Virus record (IMG/VR): IMGVR_UViG_3300037518_000324
Location: 1 to 26,512 of that record
DNA: 26,512 nucleotides
From: a virus
Taxonomy: Duplodnaviria; Caudoviricetes
Reading direction: 5' to 3' (one strand)
Shown here: piece after piece, positions 1 to 6,062 of the stretch
Layout of the letters: each line of letters begins with the position of its first letter
Numbering within the stretch: the stretch's first letter is position 1
Made by a program: the position numbers and the translations under genes
Notes under the pieces: generated by a model
Databases searched by the model: none
What the model was told of the DNA's origin: nothing
What the model saw: the letters and a program-made list of their open reading frames with translations, nothing else

Positions 1-313
1 CCAGCTTCAAGGGGACGTAGGCGTAGACGGTCCGGGTCGGAATCCCAGCATCCTCGACGTACTTCGACCACTCGGACCACGGCTCGGGCCTCGCGCTCGG
101 GTAGCCGACCTCGACGTGAGTCCACGGTCCGGCATCCTCGCGCGGCGTCGAATAGAGCAACTCACCGGCTTGCACGCTCAGGTCGAAGCCGTCCGCGCAG
201 ACGATGCGCGGCCTACCCTTTGCGAAGCGGCGTCCCGTCCCGTACTCCGTGTACTCGGACTTCCGGCGTCGGCGTCTGAAGAACGCGATCCCGGTGGTTG
301 GACTCTCTACCAT
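1..313 (-). CDS. Conserved phage hypothetical protein, 3'-truncated at the window edge
   Basis: Not in the ORF track. Manual translation from ATG 313, with GGAGG upstream: MVESPTTG...RPRIVCADGFDLSVQAGELLYSTPREDAGPWTHVEVGYPS...TVYAYVPLKL, open to position 1. The CADGF-SVQA-EVGYPS pattern resembles a recurrent phage hypothetical family (recalled, not searched). Confidence 0.75.
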   Translation of the reverse strand, partial: MVESPTTGIAFFRRRRRKSEYTEYGTGRRFAKGRPRIVCADGFDLSVQAGELLYSTPREDAGPWTHVEVGYPSARPEPWSEWSKYVEDAGIPTRTVYAYVPLKL

Positions 314-336
314 TGCGTGTGCCTCCCCGTGAGGTT

Positions 337-376
337 GGCCGGGCGGGTCAGGCTCGAGAAAGCAGCCCGCCCGGCC
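337..376 (-). promoter_or_regulatory. Intergenic hairpin (11-bp perfect stem) upstream of the 1-313 gene
   Basis: GGCCGGGCGGG (337-347) pairs with CCCGCCCGGCC (366-376). No strong U-tract follows. Confidence 0.55.
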
Positions 377-383
377 TTGTTGG

Positions 384-578
384 TCAGCCCGCGGCAACGG
401 GCCGATGACGCACAACCGCGTCGGGCTGACGAGGGGCGAGCACGGGGGCACTCGGAACCTCGTCAGCCCGTCGGGGTCGAGCGAAGTGGGGGCTCCGGTA
501 GGGCAGCGGCGAGACGTGGCCGTAAGCCGTGCCGTCCCGGAGGGGTGCGATGGGCCGGGAGCAGGTACGGCAAGTCAT
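384..578 (-). CDS. Small hypothetical protein, 64 aa, N-terminal CxxC
   Basis: MTCRTCSRPIAPLRDGTAYGH...; start overlaps the upstream stop (ATGA at 575-578). Confidence 0.6.
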   Translation of the reverse strand: MTCRTCSRPIAPLRDGTAYGHVSPLPYRSPHFARPRRADEVPSAPVLAPRQPDAVVRHRPVAAG

Positions 579-793
579 GCGACAACACGCCGCGATAGCG
601 CCGCGATCTGCTGCTCTAGCTCGACCGTGTGACGAGGGCACCACGGACGGCCGCCGAGCCAGTTGATACCCGGCTCGTCACACCCTGCGCCGGTGTCCCA
701 GTAGCAGCCCGGGTGATGGTCCGGGCAATCCATATCCCGGCATAGCTCGGGTGGTAGTTCGCTGTCGTGCCAGAACTCGTCGTACATGTTCAT
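575..793 (-). CDS. Small Cys/His-rich hypothetical protein, 72 aa
   Basis: MNMYDEFWHD...CRDMDCPDHHPGC...WCPRH; TGATG overlap with the upstream stop at 791-795. Confidence 0.6.
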   Translation of the reverse strand: MNMYDEFWHDSELPPELCRDMDCPDHHPGCYWDTGAGCDEPGINWLGGRPWCPRHTVELEQQIAALSRRVVA

Positions 794-1017
794 CAGATCG
801 GTCCCGTCCCAAGAACGTGGCAGATATCCAGGCAACCGTCGCAGCCACCCGAAAACCCGTGACGGCGAAACGCCAGGTGGGCAAGCGCGTGCTCGGCGAC
901 TTCAGCGCGTCGGATCAGTCGGCGGTTGTCCAGACGTCGCGCCTCCCGACCTTTAGTCGTCCCGCAGATTGCGCACGAGACGCCGCCGTTCCACTTGTGC
1001 TTGTGCATCGTCGTCAT
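793..1017 (-). CDS. Small hypothetical protein, 74 aa, two CxxC motifs
   Basis: MTTMHKHKWNGGVSCAICGT...GCDGCLDIC; ATGA overlap at 1014-1017 with GGAGG upstream. Confidence 0.6.
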   Translation of the reverse strand: MTTMHKHKWNGGVSCAICGTTKGREARRLDNRRLIRRAEVAEHALAHLAFRRHGFSGGCDGCLDICHVLGTGPI

Positions 1018-1388
1018 GCCACCCTCCTCATCCGCTGCCACGCCGTCCGCTCGGGTACCGCGCGCCGCTCCTCTCTCCAATCCATCCCCATCGAACGCAG
1101 TCGCTCCATGCACCCGGAGCAGAGCACTGCCGCGCGAACGAACCAGCCGTTGGCGTCGAACAGGTGGCGGGGGTGAGCGTCTCGCGCGTCATGCGCTGAG
1201 GTCGGTCCGAAACAGGTGGACGGACGGCCGGACTGCACCGGATGGCCGCTGGCTAGGGCGGGGGATAAAACCCGTCTTGATCCAGAGCCGGCACGGGCGT
1301 CCCCGTACTTCTCGTCCTGCGGTCGAGCCGCTAGGCCGTCCGTCATTCCGGGTGCCACCCGGAACAGAAAGGCTGCGAGGACGTTCAT
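1014..1388 (-). CDS. Hypothetical protein, 124 aa; 5' half overlaps a structured-RNA candidate
   Basis: ATGA overlaps at both ends (1385-1388 and 1014-1017). C-terminal half contains LCSGC. Confidence 0.5.
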   Translation of the reverse strand: MNVLAAFLFRVAPGMTDGLAARPQDEKYGDARAGSGSRRVLSPALASGHPVQSGRPSTCFGPTSAHDARDAHPRHLFDANGWFVRAAVLCSGCMERLRSMGMDWREERRAVPERTAWQRMRRVA

Positions 1389-1492
1389 GGCCGGAGCCTC
1401 AGCAGCCGACGGAACGCCTCGGCGATCGCCGCGAGGGCACGCAGCCGCTCCGGATCAGGGGCGGGCGCGGCAACGGCGGTCCGGTGGGTCAC
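1385..1492 (-). CDS. 35-aa microprotein
   Basis: MTHRTAVAAPAPDPERLRALAAIAEAFRRLLRLRP exactly fills the gap, with GTGA (1489-1492) and ATGA (1385-1388) overlaps. Confidence 0.55.
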   Translation of the reverse strand: MTHRTAVAAPAPDPERLRALAAIAEAFRRLLRLRP

Positions 1493-1755
1493 GGCTGCTC
1501 CCGGAGACGAGCGGCGATGGCTCGGAGAGCGGAGGCGAGATCAGGGCCGAACGTCTTGACTGCCTTCTGGCCCGGTTCGCCCGGATCAGCCCGTGCCGTG
1601 TAACCGCTCGCACCGCGGCCGGCCCAGAGCCGCCGTCCCTTCTCTCGCGCTAGGGCTTCGGCTTCCTGCCACGCGATCCCCAGTGCGGCCTGCACTTTGA
1701 GCCGTTCGATGTCCTCGGTCAGCTCCGGCCAGTCTTCCGCAAGGATTTTGCTCAT
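1489..1755 (-). CDS. Hypothetical protein, 88 aa
   Basis: MSKILAEDWPELTEDIERLKVQ...; ATGA overlap at 1752-1755. It is the C-terminal part of track ORF 1489..2004. Confidence 0.65.
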   Translation of the reverse strand: MSKILAEDWPELTEDIERLKVQAALGIAWQEAEALAREKGRRLWAGRGASGYTARADPGEPGQKAVKTFGPDLASALRAIAARLREQP

Positions 1756-1952
1756 TCCGGCATCCGAAACGCGATCCGGCGCGCCTCGCCAAGTTCCACG
1801 AACGCCTCGGCCACCGCGTCGAGCTGATCGCCTGTCGCGGCATCGAGGGCCGCCGCCGTCGCGTCGCGGTCGAGCCAGAGCGCCCACCGGAACGTATGCG
1901 TGCTCACCCACCAGCCGAAGCGGTAGACGAACACCGCGAGCCGCGCCTTCAT
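1752..1952 (-). CDS. Hypothetical protein, 66 aa
   Basis: MKARLAVFVYRFGWWVSTHTFRWALWLDRD...; ATGA overlap at 1949-1952. Confidence 0.6.
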   Translation of the reverse strand: MKARLAVFVYRFGWWVSTHTFRWALWLDRDATAAALDAATGDQLDAVAEAFVELGEARRIAFRMPE

Positions 1953-2086
1953 GGCAGCCACGGTCCATCGAGGTCCGGGTCCGGCCCCCACAGCAGCTCG
2001 GCAATCCCGGCCAGCGCCAGGAGGATGCCGAGGAACCCCGCGAACGCTCCGAGCCCCAGAACGAGGACGAGGGTGGGGTCCGTCAC
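1949..2086 (-). CDS. 45-aa membrane microprotein
   Basis: MTDPTLVLVLGLGAFAGFLGILLALAGIAELLWGPDPDLDGPWLP; long hydrophobic stretch; GTGA and ATGA overlaps at its ends. Confidence 0.6.
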   Translation of the reverse strand: MTDPTLVLVLGLGAFAGFLGILLALAGIAELLWGPDPDLDGPWLP

Positions 2087-2646
2087 GCTGCACCCCACTG
2101 ATCGGCCATCGCCGCAGCGATGCCGGGGAACGTCCGCGATCGCTCACGCCATCTCTCGGGGCCGGGCGCCATCCGGTGGACGCGTGCATCGCGTCCGTCA
2201 ACGACGTTCGTCGGCTCCAGTCGGGGGAGCCCCTTCAGCCAGAGGCACGTCGCCTTCGTCTCGCCGTGTCCGAACTGCCACGGCTGGATGATCTGGTCCG
2301 GCTTGCGGATGGCCGAGCTGATGACGCTGATCGGGTTTTCGAGGGCGATCCGCTGGATGGGCGCATCGAGCAGCAGCCGCACGAACTCCAGCGCCTCGGC
2401 TTGCGCCTCCCGGCGCTGAGCGAACCAGCGCGCCCCGGAGACCGCGAGGAACGTGCAGGGCGGGTGGGCGATCATGAGGTCCCACGGTCCCCAGACCAGA
2501 CCGTCGAGGATGTCCCGGACGTCGCCCGGAAAGTGCGGGCCGGGCCGCTCACTCGGCAACACGTCGCACGACACGGCGTCGTGCCCTCGGGCGATGAACG
2601 CATCCCGGACGATGCCGGAGAACTCGCAGGCCACGAGTACCTTCAT
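2083..2646 (-). CDS. Short phage-type DNA (cytosine-5) methyltransferase-like protein, 187 aa
   Basis: MKVLVACEFSG (motif I variant), AHPPCT (catalytic PC), ALENP (ENV-like), QPWQFGH..TKATCLWL, RSRTFPGIAAAMADQWG. Start ATG 2646 overlaps the upstream stop. Confidence 0.85.
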   Translation of the reverse strand: MKVLVACEFSGIVRDAFIARGHDAVSCDVLPSERPGPHFPGDVRDILDGLVWGPWDLMIAHPPCTFLAVSGARWFAQRREAQAEALEFVRLLLDAPIQRIALENPISVISSAIRKPDQIIQPWQFGHGETKATCLWLKGLPRLEPTNVVDGRDARVHRMAPGPERWRERSRTFPGIAAAMADQWGAA

Positions 2647-2753
2647 CCGAGGACCCACCGAACCGCGGCGACGATCCCGGCCCACATGAGCGCGCCCACC
2701 GGGAGAGCGAACGCGAGGCCTCGATAGAATCGGGTGTCGGGGCCGGGCTTCAC
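2643..2753 (-). CDS. 36-aa membrane microprotein
   Basis: MKPGPDTRFYRGLAFALPVGALMWAGIVAAVRWVLG; GTGA (2750-2753) and ATGA (2643-2646) overlaps. Confidence 0.6.
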   Translation of the reverse strand: MKPGPDTRFYRGLAFALPVGALMWAGIVAAVRWVLG

Positions 2754-3043
2754 GAGGCTGTCTCCGGGACGGCGGCGTGTCGTCCGTCCTGTCGGAGCAG
2801 GTGATTCGGCCAGTTCTGCGGTAGCACCGACTCGCCACAGATGCACGCGGCGCGCCCGTATTTGTTCAGCGTCATCGAGTCGGCGTCAACGAGGCGGTTG
2901 TAGTAGTGCGTGATGCCCTCGGCCAACCCACGCACCGCCTCGTCGTCGATGGCCATGTCCGCGACAAGTCCCGCTATGCCCCCCGGGTCGTCGTCATCGA
3001 GCCACAGGAGAGCGTGCTGCATTCGAGCGACGTCTACTCTCAC
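2750..3043 (-). CDS. Hypothetical protein, 97 aa
   Basis: Track ORF with GTGA overlaps on both sides; CICG...HL motif near the C-terminus. Confidence 0.65.
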   Translation of the reverse strand: MRVDVARMQHALLWLDDDDPGGIAGLVADMAIDDEAVRGLAEGITHYYNRLVDADSMTLNKYGRAACICGESVLPQNWPNHLLRQDGRHAAVPETAS

Positions 3044-3189
3044 GCCACACCATCCCGCGCTACCCGCACCCGGCCCACAATCCGCGGCGGTCGAGCTGGG
3101 TCACGGTCCCGGAGGACGAGGGACGGAGGCTTGACGGGTACGGGTCGATGGGAGACGAGGACACGGAGGGGGAGGGGAGTGGTCGTCAT
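3040..3189 (-). CDS. 49-aa basic Pro/Arg-rich microprotein
   Basis: MTTTPLPLRVLVSHRPVPVKPP...VARDGVA exactly fills the gap, with ATGA and GTGA overlaps. Confidence 0.45.
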   Translation of the reverse strand: MTTTPLPLRVLVSHRPVPVKPPSLVLRDRDPARPPRIVGRVRVARDGVA

Positions 3190-3686
3190 GCCACGGCCTC
3201 GGCCTGCTCAGGCTCTGGCCAGATCAGCCCGTTGACGATCCGCGACACCGTGGAATGGTTGACGCCGTAGAGGCGAGCGAGGGCACGGACCCCGGCCCCC
3301 GATACATGGGCCGAGCGGATCGCGGCGACCTTCGTCTCAGTGAGCCGCGCTCGGCTGCCGCGCTGCATGTTCACGTCGTGCGTGACCGGCTCGATATGCC
3401 ACGGATTCACGCACGCGCGGTTGCGGCAGGTGTGATCCGGCTCCAGCCCTTCGGGGAACGGCCCGATGAGCAGGATGTACATGAGCCGGTGCGCCTGGTA
3501 GTAGACGCTCTGGATGGACAGATGGGCGTAGCCCACGGTCGTGATCCCGCGCGTCCACCGCCAGCAACCGTTCGGCTCGACGACGTAGCGCGCCAGCAAC
3601 CGTTCGGCCGCGGACAATCCCTTGAGATGGGGAATGAGCAGTTCGGCGCGTGTGGGGTAAATCAGGCTACGCGCGGCGGTCCTCAC
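3186..3686 (-). CDS. HNH endonuclease with C-terminal helix-turn-helix (homing-endonuclease-like)
   Basis: NGCWRW...GY...AHRLMY...DHTCRNRACVNPWHIEPVTHDVN followed by LTETKVAAIR...VRALARLYGVNHSTVSRIVNG. Start placed at the GTGA overlap (3683-3686); the track starts at 3701. Confidence 0.85.
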   Translation of the reverse strand: MRTAARSLIYPTRAELLIPHLKGLSAAERLLARYVVEPNGCWRWTRGITTVGYAHLSIQSVYYQAHRLMYILLIGPFPEGLEPDHTCRNRACVNPWHIEPVTHDVNMQRGSRARLTETKVAAIRSAHVSGAGVRALARLYGVNHSTVSRIVNGLIWPEPEQAEAVA

Positions 3687-3886
3687 AGGACCGGCCCCCA
3701 TACCTCGTCGATGACCCGGTCGGTGTACTCGTCGGCCAGATCGACGTAGCCGCGGAGGCGCGCTCGCTCAGCGAGTTCTAGCAGCTCCTCGATGCGGTAT
3801 GCTGGATCAGCGGTGTAATGACCGCGGACAGACTGTCCGGTGGAACCGGAAACTTCCGATAATGTAAGTTTTGTCGGTTCGATCAT
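3683..3886 (-). CDS. Hypothetical protein, 67 aa
   Basis: MIEPTKLTLSEV...EELLELAERARLRGYVDLADEY; ATGA overlap with the cro stop. Confidence 0.6.
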   Translation of the reverse strand: MIEPTKLTLSEVSGSTGQSVRGHYTADPAYRIEELLELAERARLRGYVDLADEYTDRVIDEVWGPVL

Positions 3887-4101
3887 GACGCCTTGTCCGC
3901 TGGACCCGACAGAACGTCGCGTCCAGATAGAAGCAGCTCGACCTTGGCGAGCCATGCCGCGGGAACACGCCGACGCCCAGTCTTGTACGCGTAGACCGTG
4001 GCAAAGCTCCGCTCCGTCATTGCCGCGAGCCATTCGAGGCTGATTCCACGCTGCTCGGCGGCCACGTGCCACGGCGCCTGATCGATCGGTACGTCTGTCA
4101 T
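3883..4101 (-). CDS. Cro-like HTH transcriptional regulator
   Basis: RGISLEWLAAMTERSFATVYAYKTGRRRVP is an XRE-like HTH; 72 aa; divergent from the repressor; first gene of the early chain. Confidence 0.8.
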   Translation of the reverse strand: MTDVPIDQAPWHVAAEQRGISLEWLAAMTERSFATVYAYKTGRRRVPAAWLAKVELLLSGRDVLSGPADKAS

Positions 4102-4107
4102 GACGGA

Positions 4108-4136
4108 ACCGTACGCCTGTCGTGGTGGCTTGTCAA
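4108..4136 (-). promoter_or_regulatory. Leftward early promoter, probably producing a leaderless cro mRNA
   Basis: TTGACA (4136-4131), 17 bp, TACGGT (4113-4108), 6 nt, then the cro ATG. No SD sequence. Confidence 0.7.
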
Positions 4137-4170
4137 TACGGTTTCGGGGTACGATCTGCGCGGAAATGTA

Positions 4171-4204
4171 TTGACACGTAGGAGCGCGTTGACTATTGTC
4201 AACG
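4171..4204 (+). promoter_or_regulatory. Rightward repressor promoter with a palindromic operator candidate over the -10
   Basis: TTGACA (4171-4176), 17 bp, TATTGT (4194-4199). Inverted repeat CGTTGAC-TATT-GTCAACG (4187-4204). Confidence 0.7.
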
Positions 4205-4238
4205 GCCGAGCGCGTGTCGAGGGAAGGGGAGAGTCGGA

Positions 4239-4712
4239 TTGTCCGAACAGGACGAACCGGAAGAACTGGAGCCTGGCCGACGCCTAGAGGCAGCGATCCA
4301 CGCCCTCATGGCCGGGATGACGCCGCGTCTAAGCATCACCAAGTTGGCGAAGGGCGCCCACGTTACGCGCGGGACGCTGTACGAATGGTTCTCTGGCGAA
4401 CGGCCGCCGTCATCGCCGAAGCTCGCGGGGATCGCGGAGGTACTAGAGGTCCCGGTGAGCGAGTTGTGGGCGGCTTACGACGGCCGCCCGCAGGTGCCGG
4501 TCTCGTTCGAGGATGCGGCTCTGCGCCTTATCGAGGAGATGCGGGTCCAGAGCGCGGAAACGCGGGCGCTCCGCGAGCGGATCGACATGATCGCTGGCTG
4601 GGCGGCTTCGGCTGGGGTAACGCGAGCCGGTCGAGAGCAGCGCGGGCCAGACGATACGCGGCCTCCTCGACGACGGCGTAGAAAGCCTGCTCCGCCGGAG
4701 TCAGAACCATGA
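4239..4712 (+). CDS. cI-like XRE-family repressor without a recognisable S24 peptidase domain
   Basis: LSITKLAKGAHVTRGTLYEWFSGERPPSSPKLAGIAEVLEVPVSEL is an XRE HTH; TTG start after AAGGGGAG; divergent from cro. Confidence 0.85.
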   Translation: MSEQDEPEELEPGRRLEAAIHALMAGMTPRLSITKLAKGAHVTRGTLYEWFSGERPPSSPKLAGIAEVLEVPVSELWAAYDGRPQVPVSFEDAALRLIEEMRVQSAETRALRERIDMIAGWAASAGVTRAGREQRGPDDTRPPRRRRRKPAPPESEP

Positions 4713-4728
4713 CGGGACGCTCGCGCAC
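4528..4728 (-). CDS. Candidate antisense ORF (66 aa) overlapping the repressor 3' end
   Basis: GGGGAGG 6 nt before GTG 4728; helical-looking LTPAEQAFYAVVEEAAYRLARAALDRL; promoter-like site upstream at 4800-4829. Confidence 0.4.
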   Translation of the reverse strand: MRERPVMVLTPAEQAFYAVVEEAAYRLARAALDRLALPQPKPPSQRSCRSARGAPAFPRSGPASPR

Positions 4729-4799
4729 GTCAGCCCTCCCCTGTGGTGGCGTCGCGGACGTACCCGGCCTCGCGGCGTCGGGACAAATGATGGCGGCTC

Positions 4800-4844
4800 A
4801 GTCTAGTCCCGTACGGTTGCTCGTGACAACCCCCACTGTACCGT
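4800..4844. promoter_or_regulatory. Second divergent promoter candidate
   Basis: Minus strand: TTGTCA (4829-4824), 18 bp, TAGACT (4805-4800). Plus strand: TTGCTC (4817-4822), 16 bp, TACCGT (4839-4844). Confidence 0.45.
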
Positions 4845-4854
4845 TGGGGAATGC

Positions 4855-5010
4855 GTGACCCCCACCGAACGCGCCTACACCGCCATTGCCGCGGTCGGCC
4901 TCGTGGTGGGGCTCGTCCTCGCCTCGCAGGGTGCCTGGCTGGGCTTGCTGCTGACCGTGCCTACCCCGTTGGTGGTCGGGTACTTCCTTCAGAAGCGATG
5001 GGAGCGGTGA
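4855..5010 (+). CDS. 51-aa two-TM membrane microprotein
   Basis: MTPTERAYTAIAAVGLVVGLVLASQGAWLGLLLTVPTPLVVGYFLQKRWER; below the track cutoff; GTGA overlap with the next ORF. Confidence 0.65.
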   Translation: MTPTERAYTAIAAVGLVVGLVLASQGAWLGLLLTVPTPLVVGYFLQKRWER

Positions 5011-5162
5011 GCGTCGAGGACGTCCTCGCCGTGTGGGTTGCGTGCGGGGCTCTGTGCGCGGTGATCGCGTACCTCCGGGATTCGGCCCCGGTCAACTGGT
5101 TCGTGATCGGCCTGGTAACAGGACCCCTCGGCGTACTGTGGTGCCTGAAGCAGACGCGGTGA
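5007..5162 (+). CDS. 51-aa two-TM membrane microprotein
   Basis: MSVEDVLAVWVACGALCAVIAYLRDSAPVNWFVIGLVTGPLGVLWCLKQTR, with a WFxxGxxxGPLG hairpin pattern; GTGA overlaps on both sides. Confidence 0.7.
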   Translation: MSVEDVLAVWVACGALCAVIAYLRDSAPVNWFVIGLVTGPLGVLWCLKQTR

Positions 5163-5332
5163 CAAAGGTCGTCGCGGAGATCGCCGTCCGTATCCGGGAT
5201 CTCTCCCGGTTCCGGTTGTGGGTGTGGGAGTTGCGCCAGTTGGCCGAACGACTGCGGTCAGAGGGGAGTCCGCACGCCGATACGCTCGATCGCCTGTTGG
5301 ACCGGATCGAGGGCGGAGGGGATGACGACTGA
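5159..5332 (+). CDS. 57-aa helical soluble protein
   Basis: MTKVVAEIAVRIRDLSRFRLWVWELRQLAERLRSEG...; GTGA overlap at 5159-5162; its 3' end carries the GGAGG SD of the next gene. Confidence 0.6.
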   Translation: MTKVVAEIAVRIRDLSRFRLWVWELRQLAERLRSEGSPHADTLDRLLDRIEGGGDDD

Positions 5333-6062
5333 GACGAAAAGAGCCCGGCCCCACGAATGGGACCGGGTGCGTCGTCGCTTGATCGTGGCGAACCTCGTCG
5401 GGGTCGCCGTGCTGCTATTCGTCGGCTGGTCGCGCCTGCCACCCGGTACGCCGGCCACCGATGCCGCGGAGCAGCAGGTACGCCAGAGGCTAACCGGGGC
5501 TCAGGAGACCGCGCCCGACCTGCCGCCCGATTACGTCGCCGCGCTCGTCGTGACCGAGTACGTGGCCGGCCATGTGTCGCGGATGATCTACAACTACCTC
5601 ATCGAGCGCGGCGAGCCCACACCCGGAGGCGCGAGCGAGGCGGAGATCGCCGAGAAGGCCCTCGTGTCAGGTGCCGGGATCTGCGGCGCCGCCACGGCCA
5701 CGGCCCGGACGCTGTACGAACGGCTCGGAGTCGAGGCCCGGAGCATCCAGGCGTTCTATCGGCAGCCGGACGGAACGCTGGGCGGGCATATCACGACCGA
5801 GGTCTACTATGACGACGGGTGGCACTGGTTCGACCCGATGTGGGGCGCGTTCTTCCGCGACGGCGACGTGCTGCCGCTCGTGGACGTGGTCCGCCTGACG
5901 CCCGACGAGCAAGCGGCGAGCCTCGTCTACGCGGCCTCGACCGCGTTCATGCAGGTCGAAGGCCCCGGCCCCGAGTTCGTCGCCTATCCCGAACTGTCGG
6001 TCGTCCTCGATGGGGAGTCCATCTACGCTAGGCCTGCACCACGCCCGGGTTCTCCGCGCTGA
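5322..6062 (+). CDS. Membrane-anchored transglutaminase-like (Cys-His-Asp) protein
   Basis: N-terminal TM segment (LIVANLVGVAVLLFVGW). Triad motifs GAGICG...LGVEARSI...GHITTEVYYDDGWHWFDP. Confidence 0.8.
   Translation: MTTETKRARPHEWDRVRRRLIVANLVGVAVLLFVGWSRLPPGTPATDAAEQQVRQRLTGAQETAPDLPPDYVAALVVTEYVAGHVSRMIYNYLIERGEPTPGGASEAEIAEKALVSGAGICGAATATARTLYERLGVEARSIQAFYRQPDGTLGGHITTEVYYDDGWHWFDPMWGAFFRDGDVLPLVDVVRLTPDEQAASLVYAASTAFMQVEGPGPEFVAYPELSVVLDGESIYARPAPRPGSPR

Noticed and set aside
1217-1342. Canonical tRNA gene
   Set aside because: Too long, no TTC in the T-loop, and no standard D or anticodon arm. Kept only as a tRNA-like candidate.
2647-2838. N-terminal extension of the methyltransferase in the track
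   Set aside because: The family-type start MKVLVACE is at 2646, and the upstream DNA is occupied by two coupled ORFs.
4851-5162. Single 103-aa ORF starting at ATG 4851
   Set aside because: Its N-terminal half is Arg-rich and unstructured, while another frame (4855..5010) gives a clean 2-TM protein coupled by GTGA. The ATG does sit at a possible leaderless position, so it is not fully excluded.
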